Part shown: one piece after another, positions 46,388 through 55,052 of the stretch
Layout: each line of letters opens with the position of its first letter
Numbering within the stretch: position 1 is the first letter of the stretch
Assembly: GCA_964424305.1 (NCBI GenBank)
Contig: CAYRHW010000004.1
Span: 9,708-73,707, forward strand
Direction of reading: 5' to 3'
DNA length: 64,000 nt
DNA from: an uncultured Candidatus Saccharibacteria bacterium
Lineage (GTDB): Bacteria; Patescibacteriota; Minisyncoccia; Minisyncoccales; Staskawiczbacteraceae
The notes under the pieces: model-generated
The model's input: only the letters and a program-made list of their open reading frames with translations
Told to the model about the DNA's origin: nothing
Database searches by the model: none
Made by a program: the position numbers and the translations under genes

Positions 46388-47314
46388 TTATTCTTCTTTT
46401 AATTCAACTCCTAATTTCTTAAGAGCTTTCTTAATTTCTTTAATTCCAACTTCTCCCATTCCTTCTAATTCTGATAATGCCTTCTCAGATTTCTTTACCA
46501 AACCGCCAACAGTCTTAATGCTGTTTTCGGTCAAGGATGCAATCGTTCGTGTAGATAATTTCAAATCTTCTATCTTTGTTTTCAGGGTTTCTTCACCTGC
46601 AGCTTCTTTAGCTACCTTATCTTCACCGTCTTTTGTACCTGATTCTAAGAATAGGGTAAAGTGCTGAATAATGATTCTGCAAGCTTCTAAGAATGCTTCT
46701 TCGGGAAGAATTGTTCCATCAGTCTCTATTTCTAGGCTTACTTTATCAAAATCAGTTCTATCCCCGATTCTCATATTCTCTACCTTGAAGCTTACATTCT
46801 TTATTGGGGTAAATATCGCATCCAAAGCCATGCTTCCAATTTCCGATTTCTTTTTCTTTCGTTGATCCTTTGGCTCGTAACCCATTCCCTTCTCAATTGT
46901 AATATCTATCTCTAAATCTGATTTAGGGGTTGTTAAAGTGGCTATGTGAAGTTCTGGGTTGGCTAATTTAACTTGGGTCGGTACTTCAAAATCCTTACCA
47001 GTCACCTTCTTCTCCCCTTTTACCTTTAAACTAATTACGTGGGTTTCTCCTTCAAATATTTTAAATCTTAAATTCTTTAAATTCTGAATTATCATTATTA
47101 CATCTTCTTGCACTCCTGGAATTGTTGAAAACTCGTGGGAAACTCCTTTTATCTTAACTTCGGTAACTGCGCATCCGGCTAAAGAAGCTAACAAAACTCT
47201 CCTTAGGGCATTGCCAACGGTAACCCCATATCCTGGATAAAGGGCTTCTATTTGAAAAACTGCCTTGTTCTTTCCCTCCTGTAATATTTTTGGCGCTAAA
47301 GGAAGAGTTATCAT
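46388..47314 (-). CDS. rpoA: DNA-directed RNA polymerase alpha subunit
   Basis: GYGVTVGNALRRVLL plus a C-terminal helix-hairpin-helix domain. Confidence 0.9.
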   Translation of the reverse strand: MITLPLAPKILQEGKNKAVFQIEALYPGYGVTVGNALRRVLLASLAGCAVTEVKIKGVSHEFSTIPGVQEDVIMIIQNLKNLRFKIFEGETHVISLKVKGEKKVTGKDFEVPTQVKLANPELHIATLTTPKSDLEIDITIEKGMGYEPKDQRKKKKSEIGSMALDAIFTPIKNVSFKVENMRIGDRTDFDKVSLEIETDGTILPEEAFLEACRIIIQHFTLFLESGTKDGEDKVAKEAAGEETLKTKIEDLKLSTRTIASLTENSIKTVGGLVKKSEKALSELEGMGEVGIKEIKKALKKLGVELKEE

Positions 47315-47377
47315 ACCTCTTTATTACTATTCTGTTCTTAAACCTTTAATCAGCTTAATTGCAGAATAATATGTTAA

Positions 47378-48007
47378 TTACCTTGAATAATATTCGAAAA
47401 TTACTGATACTTCTGCTGGGGGCAATATCTCAGCCAAGGTAGGTTCCCCCTTCATTTTACCAACCAGTGTTTCTTTATTTAATTCAATCCAAGTAGGAAT
47501 TGCTCTAGTCTTAAGCTGTGTAGCGATGTCTTTGAATATACCCTTACCCTTCTTACTCTCTTTAATCGTGATAACGTCGTCTTTCTTAACTGCGAAAGAA
47601 GGGATATCAATGGCCTTTTTGTTAATTAGAAAAAATCCGTGGTTAACAAGTTGTCGGGCAGTTACTCTAGATTTTGCAAACCCCATGTGGAAGATTGTGC
47701 TATCTAACCTTAGTTCTAAACGTTTTATGAGTTCATTGGCAATGTCATCAATCTTTCCTCTTTCAGCTAAAACACCCTTAACATAGGCTTTAAATTGATA
47801 TTCTCGCAATCCATACCAATTCTTTAACTTCTGCTTCTCAATTAAAGCAATCTTGTATCCGGAAGCAGCACTTCTTTTCTTCTTACTTTCTGGTCCAGGT
47901 GGAAAAGCACGCTTTAGTAAAGCACACTTAGGTGAAAAACACCTATCCCCTTTTAAGAATAATTTCTGGCCAACTCTCCTACAAACTCTACATTGTTCTT
48001 TTTGCAT
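47378..48007 (-). CDS. rpsD: 30S ribosomal protein S4
   Basis: N-terminal C..C...C..C module and an S4 domain. Confidence 0.9.
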   Translation of the reverse strand: MQKEQCRVCRRVGQKLFLKGDRCFSPKCALLKRAFPPGPESKKKRSAASGYKIALIEKQKLKNWYGLREYQFKAYVKGVLAERGKIDDIANELIKRLELRLDSTIFHMGFAKSRVTARQLVNHGFFLINKKAIDIPSFAVKKDDVITIKESKKGKGIFKDIATQLKTRAIPTWIELNKETLVGKMKGEPTLAEILPPAEVSVIFEYYSR

Positions 48008-48008
48008 A

Positions 48009-48464
48009 TTATACTCTTCTTATTTTTGGAGGCCTGCACCCATTGTGTGGGATTGGGGTAATATCCTTAATACTAATTACGTTTAGTCCATGGGCAACCA
48101 ATGATCTTACTGCAGAGTCTCTACCAGGACCAATTCCTTTAACAAAAACCTGAAGTTTCTCAATTCCCATTTTTACAGCAATGGCAGCGATTGTCTCTCC
48201 CACCTTGGAAGAAGCAAAGGCTGTTCCTTTTTTTGTCCCTTTAAATCCTACGGAGCCTGCGCTCTTCCAAGCTAAAACATTGCCAACTGCATCAGCTAAG
48301 CTGACGATGGTGTTATTGTATGAAGAAGAAATGAATACCTTTCCTTCGGAAAACCTTTGGGCACTTTCTTTAACCTTTACTTCTTTCTTAGAATCCTTAT
48401 CAATCTTTTCTGCTTCCTTTATTACTTCTTCTTTTGTTTGTTCTACAACGTGTTTTTTTCCCAT
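48009..48464 (-). CDS. rpsK: 30S ribosomal protein S11
   Basis: NNTIVSLAD...PHNGCRPPK..R. Confidence 0.9.
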   Translation of the reverse strand: MGKKHVVEQTKEEVIKEAEKIDKDSKKEVKVKESAQRFSEGKVFISSSYNNTIVSLADAVGNVLAWKSAGSVGFKGTKKGTAFASSKVGETIAAIAVKMGIEKLQVFVKGIGPGRDSAVRSLVAHGLNVISIKDITPIPHNGCRPPKIRRV

Positions 48465-48478
48465 AGTAGTGTTAATTT

Positions 48479-48868
48479 CTAAGTTGGGGAAGCAGCCGCT
48501 CTTCTGCCGGATCCCATTGTTTTTCTAGTATTTCCCCTAACGGTCCTTGTGTTTGTCTTTGTCCTTTGACCCCTTACTGGTAAACCTTTAATATGTCTTA
48601 CCCCACGGTGACAATTTATATCCTTTAATCTTTTAATATTAACCATTATCTGTCTTCTTAAATCTCCCTCAATCTTAAAGTTCTTTTCAATGTATTCTCT
48701 CAACAGGTTTATCTCTGCCTGGGTTAAATCTTTAGCTAACTTCTTTGGATCTAGGTTTGTACCTGCAATGATTTTTTTACTTAAAGCCTTCCCTACTCCG
48801 TAGATGTATGTAATCGCAATGTCTATCTTTTTGTTATCTGGGATATTAACTCCCGCTATTCTTGGCAT
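48479..48868 (-). CDS. rpsM: 30S ribosomal protein S13
   Basis: [10 protein letters not shown]...YIYGVG. Confidence 0.9.
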   Translation of the reverse strand: MPRIAGVNIPDNKKIDIAITYIYGVGKALSKKIIAGTNLDPKKLAKDLTQAEINLLREYIEKNFKIEGDLRRQIMVNIKRLKDINCHRGVRHIKGLPVRGQRTKTNTRTVRGNTRKTMGSGRRAAASPT

Positions 48869-48900
48869 AGTTATTAGATATTTATTTAAAGATAAAAAGA

Positions 48901-49014
48901 TTAGCCCTGTCTTTGCTTATGCTTAGGGTTTGTACAAATTATATATATCTTCCCTCTCCTTTTAACAACCTTGCAGTTGTCGCAGAACCTTTTAACTGAT
49001 GGTCTTACTTTCAT
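48901..49014 (-). CDS. rpmJ: 50S ribosomal protein L36
   Basis: Not in the ORF track. Own translation gives [37 protein letters not shown]. Confidence 0.9.
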   Translation of the reverse strand: MKVRPSVKRFCDNCKVVKRRGKIYIICTNPKHKQRQG

Positions 49015-49112
49015 AATTTATGAGTAAAGCGAATAATATCATGAACCCCGTCCTCTAGGCTATTGATTTTTCATTAGCATAGAGGGCGGGGTAAAACTCG
49101 CTGATGCTCGTT

Positions 49113-49340
49113 TTATTTTAGTCTATATACGATTCTTCCCTTACTATCGTCGTAGGGGGTCATTTCAATTGTAACCTTATCACCAGGCAAGATAGTTATT
49201 CTATTCATTCGCATCTTCCCTGATAAAAAAGCAAGGATTTCTTTGCCGTCGCTTAATTTTACCTTAAAAGATGTATTCGGCAAGGCCTCAAGCACTTGTC
49301 CTTCCTTTCTTATAACTTCTTTAGATGGGATAATGTTCAT
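49113..49340 (-). CDS. infA: translation initiation factor IF-1
   Basis: [24 protein letters not shown]. Confidence 0.9.
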   Translation of the reverse strand: MNIIPSKEVIRKEGQVLEALPNTSFKVKLSDGKEILAFLSGKMRMNRITILPGDKVTIEMTPYDDSKGRIVYRLK

Positions 49341-49397
49341 TTTTCTTACTGGTTGATAATAACAAATTATTATAAAATGGTCAATGGTTTAGCACAA

Positions 49398-50681
49398 TTA
49401 TTCAAAATTAAGCTCTATTTTTATCTTATTCTGGTTCTTCGGAGCAGTTTTTACCCAGAACGGCCATAGATTAACTTTTATCTGAGATACCTTTTGAGAG
49501 TAGGCGTTGCTAATAGCTTCTGTCATTTGATCCGTTGTTTTCCCCGGAAGGATTAAAGACAAAGTATTTGGATTCACACTAAAATATTGGTTTCCGGATA
49601 AATCAACGTCCATATTTATTTTCCCATTCTTAGTATCCACCGCCGTTGTATTATATTTCACTGCTAAACTTTTCTCTAATAGATTATAGCCGTCGGTTAG
49701 GTTGGATGTGATATAATTTTTGGCGAACTCTTTTATATCGGATTCTTTAAAAACTAGAGCCGTTGTTTTTATCTTCACTTTATAGGTAAAACTATCAACT
49801 TCTGAACCGGATTTTACTGAAGCAGATTCCTCCTCAACCTCTTTTGTAAGAGCATTGTCTAATAATACTAAGCCGTCTGCTTTTGCTTTTGCCTCTAGAG
49901 CTGTTTTTATATCCCCAGAAACTTTGTCCAAAAGAGTGTCTTTGGCGCCTTGGATATCGTCATCGGTAACAACCTTATTGGTTGATTTAAAACCCCCGGT
50001 CATCTTTCCTTTGGATTCTCCGTAAATTGTGTAGTAGGAAGACGTGCCAGCTAATCCCGGAACAGAAAACTTATCAGGGCCAATATTATATTCCTCCCCT
50101 GCTTCCATGGCCACAACTTCGACGTCAACTGATCCTGGAACTAATTTTCCAGAAACCGTTTTCGCTGCCGGAATAGTAATTTTACTGACTGCTTTAAAAT
50201 ATTTCCCAGAAGAGGAAATGAAACGAGTTCCGACTATTAAGGATTTAGATTTTGCTGGACTTACCTTATTGTAAACTGTAATGATCCCCGTTGCTTTCCC
50301 CGACTGTGTTCCAGAACCAGTTGCTGGAAATTCCTGAAAAAGCTCTTTCTCCTCTGTGATAAATTGGGCTGGAATTTGTTTGTTGACAAAATCAACTTCT
50401 GTTAAGCCATCTGCTGCCAGAACCCTATCGTTAAAACTTAGCTCTTCTGTCTTTGGCCAGATAGCAACCGAGACAGATGCTAGACTAAAATACAAATAGA
50501 TGACTACTACTAAAATAACGACTCCAAGCGAAAGCAAAATGCCACGAGATCTGGAATTGGTTTTTGTTTTCCTTTTCTTTTCTTCCTTTTTACCCTTTCT
50601 GTGCTTAGGCTCTATCCCTACCATTTCTTTAATATTAGATACTAAATGTGGCGGAATAATGTCGAATATTTTTTGAGTCAT
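49398..50681 (-). CDS. membrane-anchored beta-rich hypothetical protein
   Basis: Basic N-terminus, a TM anchor and a large extracytoplasmic domain. No confident family assignment. Confidence 0.5.
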   Translation of the reverse strand: MTQKIFDIIPPHLVSNIKEMVGIEPKHRKGKKEEKKRKTKTNSRSRGILLSLGVVILVVVIYLYFSLASVSVAIWPKTEELSFNDRVLAADGLTEVDFVNKQIPAQFITEEKELFQEFPATGSGTQSGKATGIITVYNKVSPAKSKSLIVGTRFISSSGKYFKAVSKITIPAAKTVSGKLVPGSVDVEVVAMEAGEEYNIGPDKFSVPGLAGTSSYYTIYGESKGKMTGGFKSTNKVVTDDDIQGAKDTLLDKVSGDIKTALEAKAKADGLVLLDNALTKEVEEESASVKSGSEVDSFTYKVKIKTTALVFKESDIKEFAKNYITSNLTDGYNLLEKSLAVKYNTTAVDTKNGKINMDVDLSGNQYFSVNPNTLSLILPGKTTDQMTEAISNAYSQKVSQIKVNLWPFWVKTAPKNQNKIKIELNFE

Positions 50682-50701
50682 TATTTTTTATTAATTAATC
50701 A

Positions 50702-52546
50702 CTATTTTAATACTGCTTTTATCCTTCTGACGCCAGAGGAAGAGCTTTCCTCTTTTTGAATTTTAAATATTCCTAAAACCCCTGTCCTTTCTACGTGTGG
50801 CCCACCACAAATTTCCTTGCTTGCATCCCCTACACTATATACTTTAACATTTTCTCCGTATTTTGACTCGAAGACACCCATGGCTCCGGCTTGTTTCGCT
50901 TGCTCCAGGGACATCTCCTGCATTGTTACGGGTAGGTCTTTCTCTATTATACCATTAACGAAAACTTCTACTTGATTGATCTGCTCCGGAGTTAACTTAT
51001 CTGGATGAGAGAAATCAAACCTCAATCGCTCAACCGTGATATTGCTTCCTTTCTGGAAAACATGATCCCCTAAAACCTTCCTTAAACCAGCGAGCATAAG
51101 ATGGGCCGCTGTGTGAAGTTTCGTAGTTTCAAGACTTGCATCGGCTAATCCCCCCTTGAACATTCCGGCTGAAGCAGTACGAGATAGATCCTGATGGGCC
51201 TGTAATTCCTTCATAAATTCTTCAATATCTACCACCAAACCTTTTTCTCTCGCCAACTCTTCTGTTATTTCAATTGGGAAACCATAACTTTGGTAAAGAT
51301 TGAAGGCATCTTTACCTGATATCGTCTCCATCTTTTCAAACTCTTTTAATCCCCTCTCCAATGTTAAACTAAACCTTTCTTCCTCCTTCGATAATTCATT
51401 GGCAACAAAATTAATATTCTTTTTTAATTCTGGATAAACATGCTTATAGTCCTCGGCCACAATCTTGGCAATTTCCTTTGTCCAATCCTTTTCCTTAATT
51501 CCCAAATTACCGCCGAATCGAATTGCGCGCCTTATCAACCTTCTAACAATGTACCCCGGGCCAACATTACTTGGAGTTATTCCCCTATTATCTCCCATTA
51601 TGAAAGTTGCTGCTTTTAAGTGGTCGGCAACCACTTCGAAAGCCTTACTATTTTCTTTGTACTTGATTCCAGATAACCTCTCGATTTGTTTGATGATGTT
51701 TATAAACAAGTCTGTCTCAAAAACATTATCCAATCCCTCGGTCACCGTTGTTATTCTTTCTAACCCTCCGCCAAAATCTACATTGAACTGTTCCAACTTT
51801 TCAAATCCACCTTCCGTACGTTTATACTCAATGAACACGCTGTTCCCAACTTCTAAAAATCTGCCACAATCACAATTTACATGACAGGGTTGATCTGCCC
51901 ATTGAGAGTTTTCATGTTTTTTTAAATCAGCGCCTAGATCGTAGAACACTTCACTATCTGGACCACCAATTTCTCCGACCGGCATTCTGCTTGGTTCGCC
52001 AGATCGAGACCACCAATTTTTCCTTGCCGGATAATAGAATATTCTGCCGTCTTGCATACCATCTCTTTCGGCAAAATCCACATCTTTAGCTTCAATTTTG
52101 TAATCTTTAAAAATCTCTTTCCAAATATTAACCGATTCTGTGTCCTTTGGAACTCCGATTGCCTCATCACCACGGAATACACTGACATAGAATCTCTTTG
52201 GGTCTATTTTTAATTCCTTCAACAACAAATCGGAAATCCAAGGTAATTGTTCTTTTTTGAAATAGTCTCCCAGAGACCAATTTCCAAGCATTTCAAAAAA
52301 AGTTGTATGTCTTCCGTCACCCACCTCCTCAATATCTTCTGCTCTGAATGATTTTTGAGAATTCGTTAGCCTTGTTCCCTCTGGATGCTTCTCTCCCAAC
52401 AGATATGGGACCAATGGCTGCATTCCGGAGCTAATAAACAATGTGGAGGAATCATTTTCTGGAAGTAAAGAAGCGCTTGGGATGATGGCATGCCCCTGCT
52501 TTTTGTAGTAATTCAGATATTTTTCTCTAATCTTCGAAGAAATCAT
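50702..52546 (-). CDS. alaS: alanine--tRNA ligase, short form ending after the editing domain (no C-Ala domain)
   Basis: FFEMLGNWSLGDYFK, HTAAHLM (editing HxxxH), and the protein ends at GVRRIKAVLK. Confidence 0.85.
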   Translation of the reverse strand: MISSKIREKYLNYYKKQGHAIIPSASLLPENDSSTLFISSGMQPLVPYLLGEKHPEGTRLTNSQKSFRAEDIEEVGDGRHTTFFEMLGNWSLGDYFKKEQLPWISDLLLKELKIDPKRFYVSVFRGDEAIGVPKDTESVNIWKEIFKDYKIEAKDVDFAERDGMQDGRIFYYPARKNWWSRSGEPSRMPVGEIGGPDSEVFYDLGADLKKHENSQWADQPCHVNCDCGRFLEVGNSVFIEYKRTEGGFEKLEQFNVDFGGGLERITTVTEGLDNVFETDLFINIIKQIERLSGIKYKENSKAFEVVADHLKAATFIMGDNRGITPSNVGPGYIVRRLIRRAIRFGGNLGIKEKDWTKEIAKIVAEDYKHVYPELKKNINFVANELSKEEERFSLTLERGLKEFEKMETISGKDAFNLYQSYGFPIEITEELAREKGLVVDIEEFMKELQAHQDLSRTASAGMFKGGLADASLETTKLHTAAHLMLAGLRKVLGDHVFQKGSNITVERLRFDFSHPDKLTPEQINQVEVFVNGIIEKDLPVTMQEMSLEQAKQAGAMGVFESKYGENVKVYSVGDASKEICGGPHVERTGVLGIFKIQKEESSSSGVRRIKAVLK

Positions 52547-52583
52547 TTAATAATTTTACATTATAAAATAATTTTATACAAAT

Positions 52584-52620
52584 AAAAAAAGAGACCAGAG
52601 CTATGCGAGCTCACGGTCCC
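52584..52620 (-). terminator. intrinsic terminator immediately upstream of alaS
   Basis: Minus strand reads GGGACCguGAGCU-cgcau-AGCUCuGGUCUC followed by U7. The G-U pair exists only on the minus strand. Confidence 0.65.
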
Positions 52621-52978
52621 TGGTGGGGCTATAGAACCTTAGTGGTTCCAAGCATGGAAAAATAAATGGGGCTGACGGGTGGGTTTAGACGAAATTGGCT
52701 ATCCGCAGGCAGTGGTGCCTGTGATACGGGAGAAAGACCCTGCAGGGATTTCCCGTGGAGGCATATCGCCCCTCTTACAGATGCCAGACTGGCGGTTTTG
52801 TTCCGCCGATAATGTCTTGGGGTTGATTCCCCTACCCAATTAAGCAAAGGTCCTAGGAGCCTTCGCTTTGTAGCGCCCTGGTTTAGAAGGCCTAACGCTT
52901 TGGCGTTCGTTAAGCTTCCAGCACCCCTACGGGTGCTGAGCGACTCCCGTCAGTTGCCCAGTTTTTCAGTTTGTGCTG
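52584..52978 (-). ncRNA. ~390-nt GC-enriched structured RNA (unassigned: alaS leader/attenuator or stand-alone ncRNA)
   Basis: Bounded by the promoter at 52985-53013 and the terminator at 52584-52620. Contains many perfect hairpins (for example 52919-52938) and a long-range pairing of 52672-52679 with 52946-52953. No credible ORF. Confidence 0.5.
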
Positions 52979-52984
52979 ATTATT

Positions 52985-53013
52985 AATTTAACAAAAAAGC
53001 AAATCAGTGTCAA
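52985..53013 (-). promoter_or_regulatory. promoter TTGACA-17nt-TAAATT
   Basis: On the minus strand the -35 is at 53013-53008 and the -10 at 52990-52985, just after the tpiA stop. Confidence 0.6.
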
Positions 53014-53034
53014 GGAGGATAAAATTACTACTAA

Positions 53035-53772
53035 TTATTCTGCTGACCGAACTATTTTAACAAAATCATCTGCCCTTAAAGATGCTCCGCCAACAAGCAA
53101 CCCATTGGCTCCCGCTTCTTTAATATATGCTCCGGAGTTTTCTCCATTCACGCTCCCGCCATAAAGGATTCTGGTTTTATCTGCCGTCTCTCTATTGTAT
53201 AAATTGTTAATCGTTTGTTTTATAAACAACAAAGAAGTTGTTGTTTCTTGGACCGAGCAATTATTTCCTGTCCCAATTGCCCAAATGGGCTCATAGGCGA
53301 TAGAAATATGTTTCATATCATCCTTAGAAATATTTCTCAGGTCGTTCTCTAGTTGAGATTTCAGAATTAAAGTCTTTTTGCTTGCGTCTCTCTCTTCTGC
53401 TGTTTCTCCAATACATAGGATAACATTTAAACCCACCCTAATGGCCAGCTTAATCTTCTTATTTATCAGCTCATCGGTTTCGCTGAAATATTTCCTTCTT
53501 TCGGAGTGACCAATTATTACATAATCTAATCCAGCACTCTTAATCATAGAAGCGGATATTTCTCCAGTAAAAGCACCTTTTTCTTCGGAACAACAATTTT
53601 GAGCACCCAATGCTAAGCCTTTAAATAATGGGGAATAAATAAGTGGGGGGCAAAGAACAACCTCTGCGTTCTTTGCTGATTTAATCCCAGCTTTCACTTT
53701 TTTGAATAATTCCTCTGCCTCTCTTTTTGTTTGTGGGTTTAATTTCCAATTGGCGACAATTAATGATTTCAT
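53035..53772 (-). CDS. tpiA: triose-phosphate isomerase
   Basis: IVANWKLN, IGHSERR and AYEPIWAIGTG motifs. Confidence 0.95.
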   Translation of the reverse strand: MKSLIVANWKLNPQTKREAEELFKKVKAGIKSAKNAEVVLCPPLIYSPLFKGLALGAQNCCSEEKGAFTGEISASMIKSAGLDYVIIGHSERRKYFSETDELINKKIKLAIRVGLNVILCIGETAEERDASKKTLILKSQLENDLRNISKDDMKHISIAYEPIWAIGTGNNCSVQETTTSLLFIKQTINNLYNRETADKTRILYGGSVNGENSGAYIKEAGANGLLVGGASLRADDFVKIVRSAE

Positions 53773-53849
53773 TATTTTAAATTAATTTGTATTCTCTGAT
53801 TTTAACATAAATATCTTTTAAATAAAGATTGGGTGATGTAACTTTTTGT

Positions 53850-53897
53850 AAAAAAAGAAGGGCGACTCGAGTTCCTCCAGAAACTCTCGAATCGCCC
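53850..53897 (-). terminator. strong intrinsic terminator upstream of tpiA
   Basis: 12-bp stem GGGCGAUUCGAG/CUCGAGUCGCCC (the U-G wobble exists only on the minus strand) followed by UUCUUUUUUU. Confidence 0.7.
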
Positions 53898-54433
53898 TAG
53901 GGCAACAAAGTGGTGGCATAATGCTTATCTCCAAGCCTGATTCACCTACACGGGGTAGGGGTTACAAGCAGTGAAGAGGCACTTTCACCTTTACCGCGCC
54001 ATCTCAGGCACGCCTTTGTCGCATGACAATGGGGGTGGTGGGTGGATTCCCAGTTGATGTTTGTGTAGGTCTTCAACCAATACCTAGGATCCAGAGAGCG
54101 CTCCCCGGGTCCACAATGCCGTCAGATGAAGAGCCACTTGTGCGTGACTCCGCCGGATATAGTTCCCTGAACAAGGGTCTGAACACCGACCTAGCATTGC
54201 CAAATTTTTCTGATGGAAACCCACGAGCAAAGAGTCGCGAACCCTCTACTCAACCACCACCACCCAGAAAACTGATAACTAGTCGTATGTGTATAAAGCT
54301 TCTCTGCCATAAGAGGCAGGATTTCATTTCTTCCAATTGAGACAGCTTCTATCCTTCGGTTCTCCCGCGAACGAGATTCCTAATATGCGAAATAATTATC
54401 AATTTTCTAGGTGGTTATTAAATTTTCAATCGT
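53850..54433 (-). ncRNA. ~580-nt GC-enriched structured RNA (unassigned)
   Basis: Bounded by the promoter at 54440-54468 and the terminator at 53850-53897. The GGUGG tract at 54031-54045 is complementary to the CCACC tract at 54254-54265. Several hairpins have wobble pairs that favour the minus strand. No credible ORF. Confidence 0.45.
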
Positions 54434-54439
54434 GCTGGT

Positions 54440-54468
54440 ATGATAGCATATTACCAGAACCCTGTCAA
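54440..54468 (-). promoter_or_regulatory. promoter TTGACA-17nt-TATCAT
   Basis: On the minus strand the -35 is at 54468-54463 and the -10 at 54445-54440. Confidence 0.55.
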
Positions 54469-54516
54469 GGGCTAAACCCATCCAAGGACCCCCGCAGACG
54501 CTACTGTCCAAATAAT

Positions 54517-54541
54517 GAAAAACCTCGCAGTTCATGCGAGG
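54517..54541 (-). terminator. intrinsic terminator after the 129-aa HTH gene
   Basis: CCUCGCAugaacUGCGAGG followed by UUUUU on the minus strand. Confidence 0.65.
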
Positions 54542-54568
54542 CCTATTGGAAACCCTATATTCTAGCCA

Positions 54569-54958
54569 CTACTTAAGCGGCTGCTTCTTCTTGATGATAA
54601 CCGTCTTGCGTCTTTTCCCCTTCTTTGTGAAATATTCCGGATGCATTTCTCTAATCAATCCGTCCATTAAACGAACCCCTTCATTCTTCTTTCTTGCACC
54701 AGATTCGTCTGATCCCAGTGCCTCTCCGAGCAATATGGTGGACGGTATTTGTAGCACACCCGACAATGCGTGGAGATGGACCATTGAAAGCGATCCTTTT
54801 CCCCTCAATATCTTCTTGATGAAATCGACGCTGAGGTCAAGCGAGCCAGCGATGACCCGAAGATCATCCAACTTATATTTGGAAATTACACATCTCAAGA
54901 GAGCTTTCGAGCTCTTCGAACCCATCACAAATATCTTTGCAGCTTTTCTCTTTGCCAT
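54569..54958 (-). CDS. small HTH-type DNA-binding protein with basic termini (129 aa)
   Basis: LRVIAGSLDLSVDFIKKILRGKGSLSMVHLHALSGVLQIP is a helix-turn-helix-like segment. Local G+C is elevated (32/60 at 54721-54780). Confidence 0.5.
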   Translation of the reverse strand: MAKRKAAKIFVMGSKSSKALLRCVISKYKLDDLRVIAGSLDLSVDFIKKILRGKGSLSMVHLHALSGVLQIPSTILLGEALGSDESGARKKNEGVRLMDGLIREMHPEYFTKKGKRRKTVIIKKKQPLK

Positions 54959-55052
54959 GGCCGTTTCCTTTCTCGGTTGGCTAGAGGTGTTTATAAAAGA
55001 TCATCTTAAATACAGCAGATGCAAGATAACACAAAAAGCTGTCTCCGTCAAT

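Noticed and set aside
52584-52700. Canonical T-box riboswitch upstream of alaS
   Set aside because: Only the UGGAACC heptamer matches. The GGGUGGNACCGCG box, a compact antiterminator, Stem I GA/AG motifs and a clear GCN specifier loop could not be identified by eye. I kept it as a hypothesis inside the finding.
52668-52960. tmRNA (ssrA) on the plus strand: 5' GGGGCUGACGGGUGGGUUUAGACG resembles the tmRNA 5' end, 3' CGACUCCCGUCAG resembles a T-arm and acceptor, and there is a possible tag ORF GCA AAG GUC CUA GGA GCC UUC GCU UUG UAG
   Set aside because: I could not form a proper 7-bp acceptor stem with G3-U70, and the T-loop would be 12 nt. No ACCA or discriminator A context is present. The promoter, the terminator and most wobble pairs favour the minus strand. 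I left it as an unassigned RNA; an Infernal scan should decide.
53915-54268. RNase P RNA on the minus strand: about 355 nt between complementary GUGGUGG/CCACCAC ends, with GGUAAAGGUGAAAGUGCC, AGAAAAAUUUGGC and GAAUCAGGCUU loosely resembling conserved regions
   Set aside because: The conserved blocks are degenerate and their spacing does not fit type A or type B architecture. The GGUAA.GGUGAAAG block lies too close to the 3' end. The mapped promoter would add a 165-nt leader. An equally good 12-nt match (GGAAACCCACGA) lies on the opposite strand.
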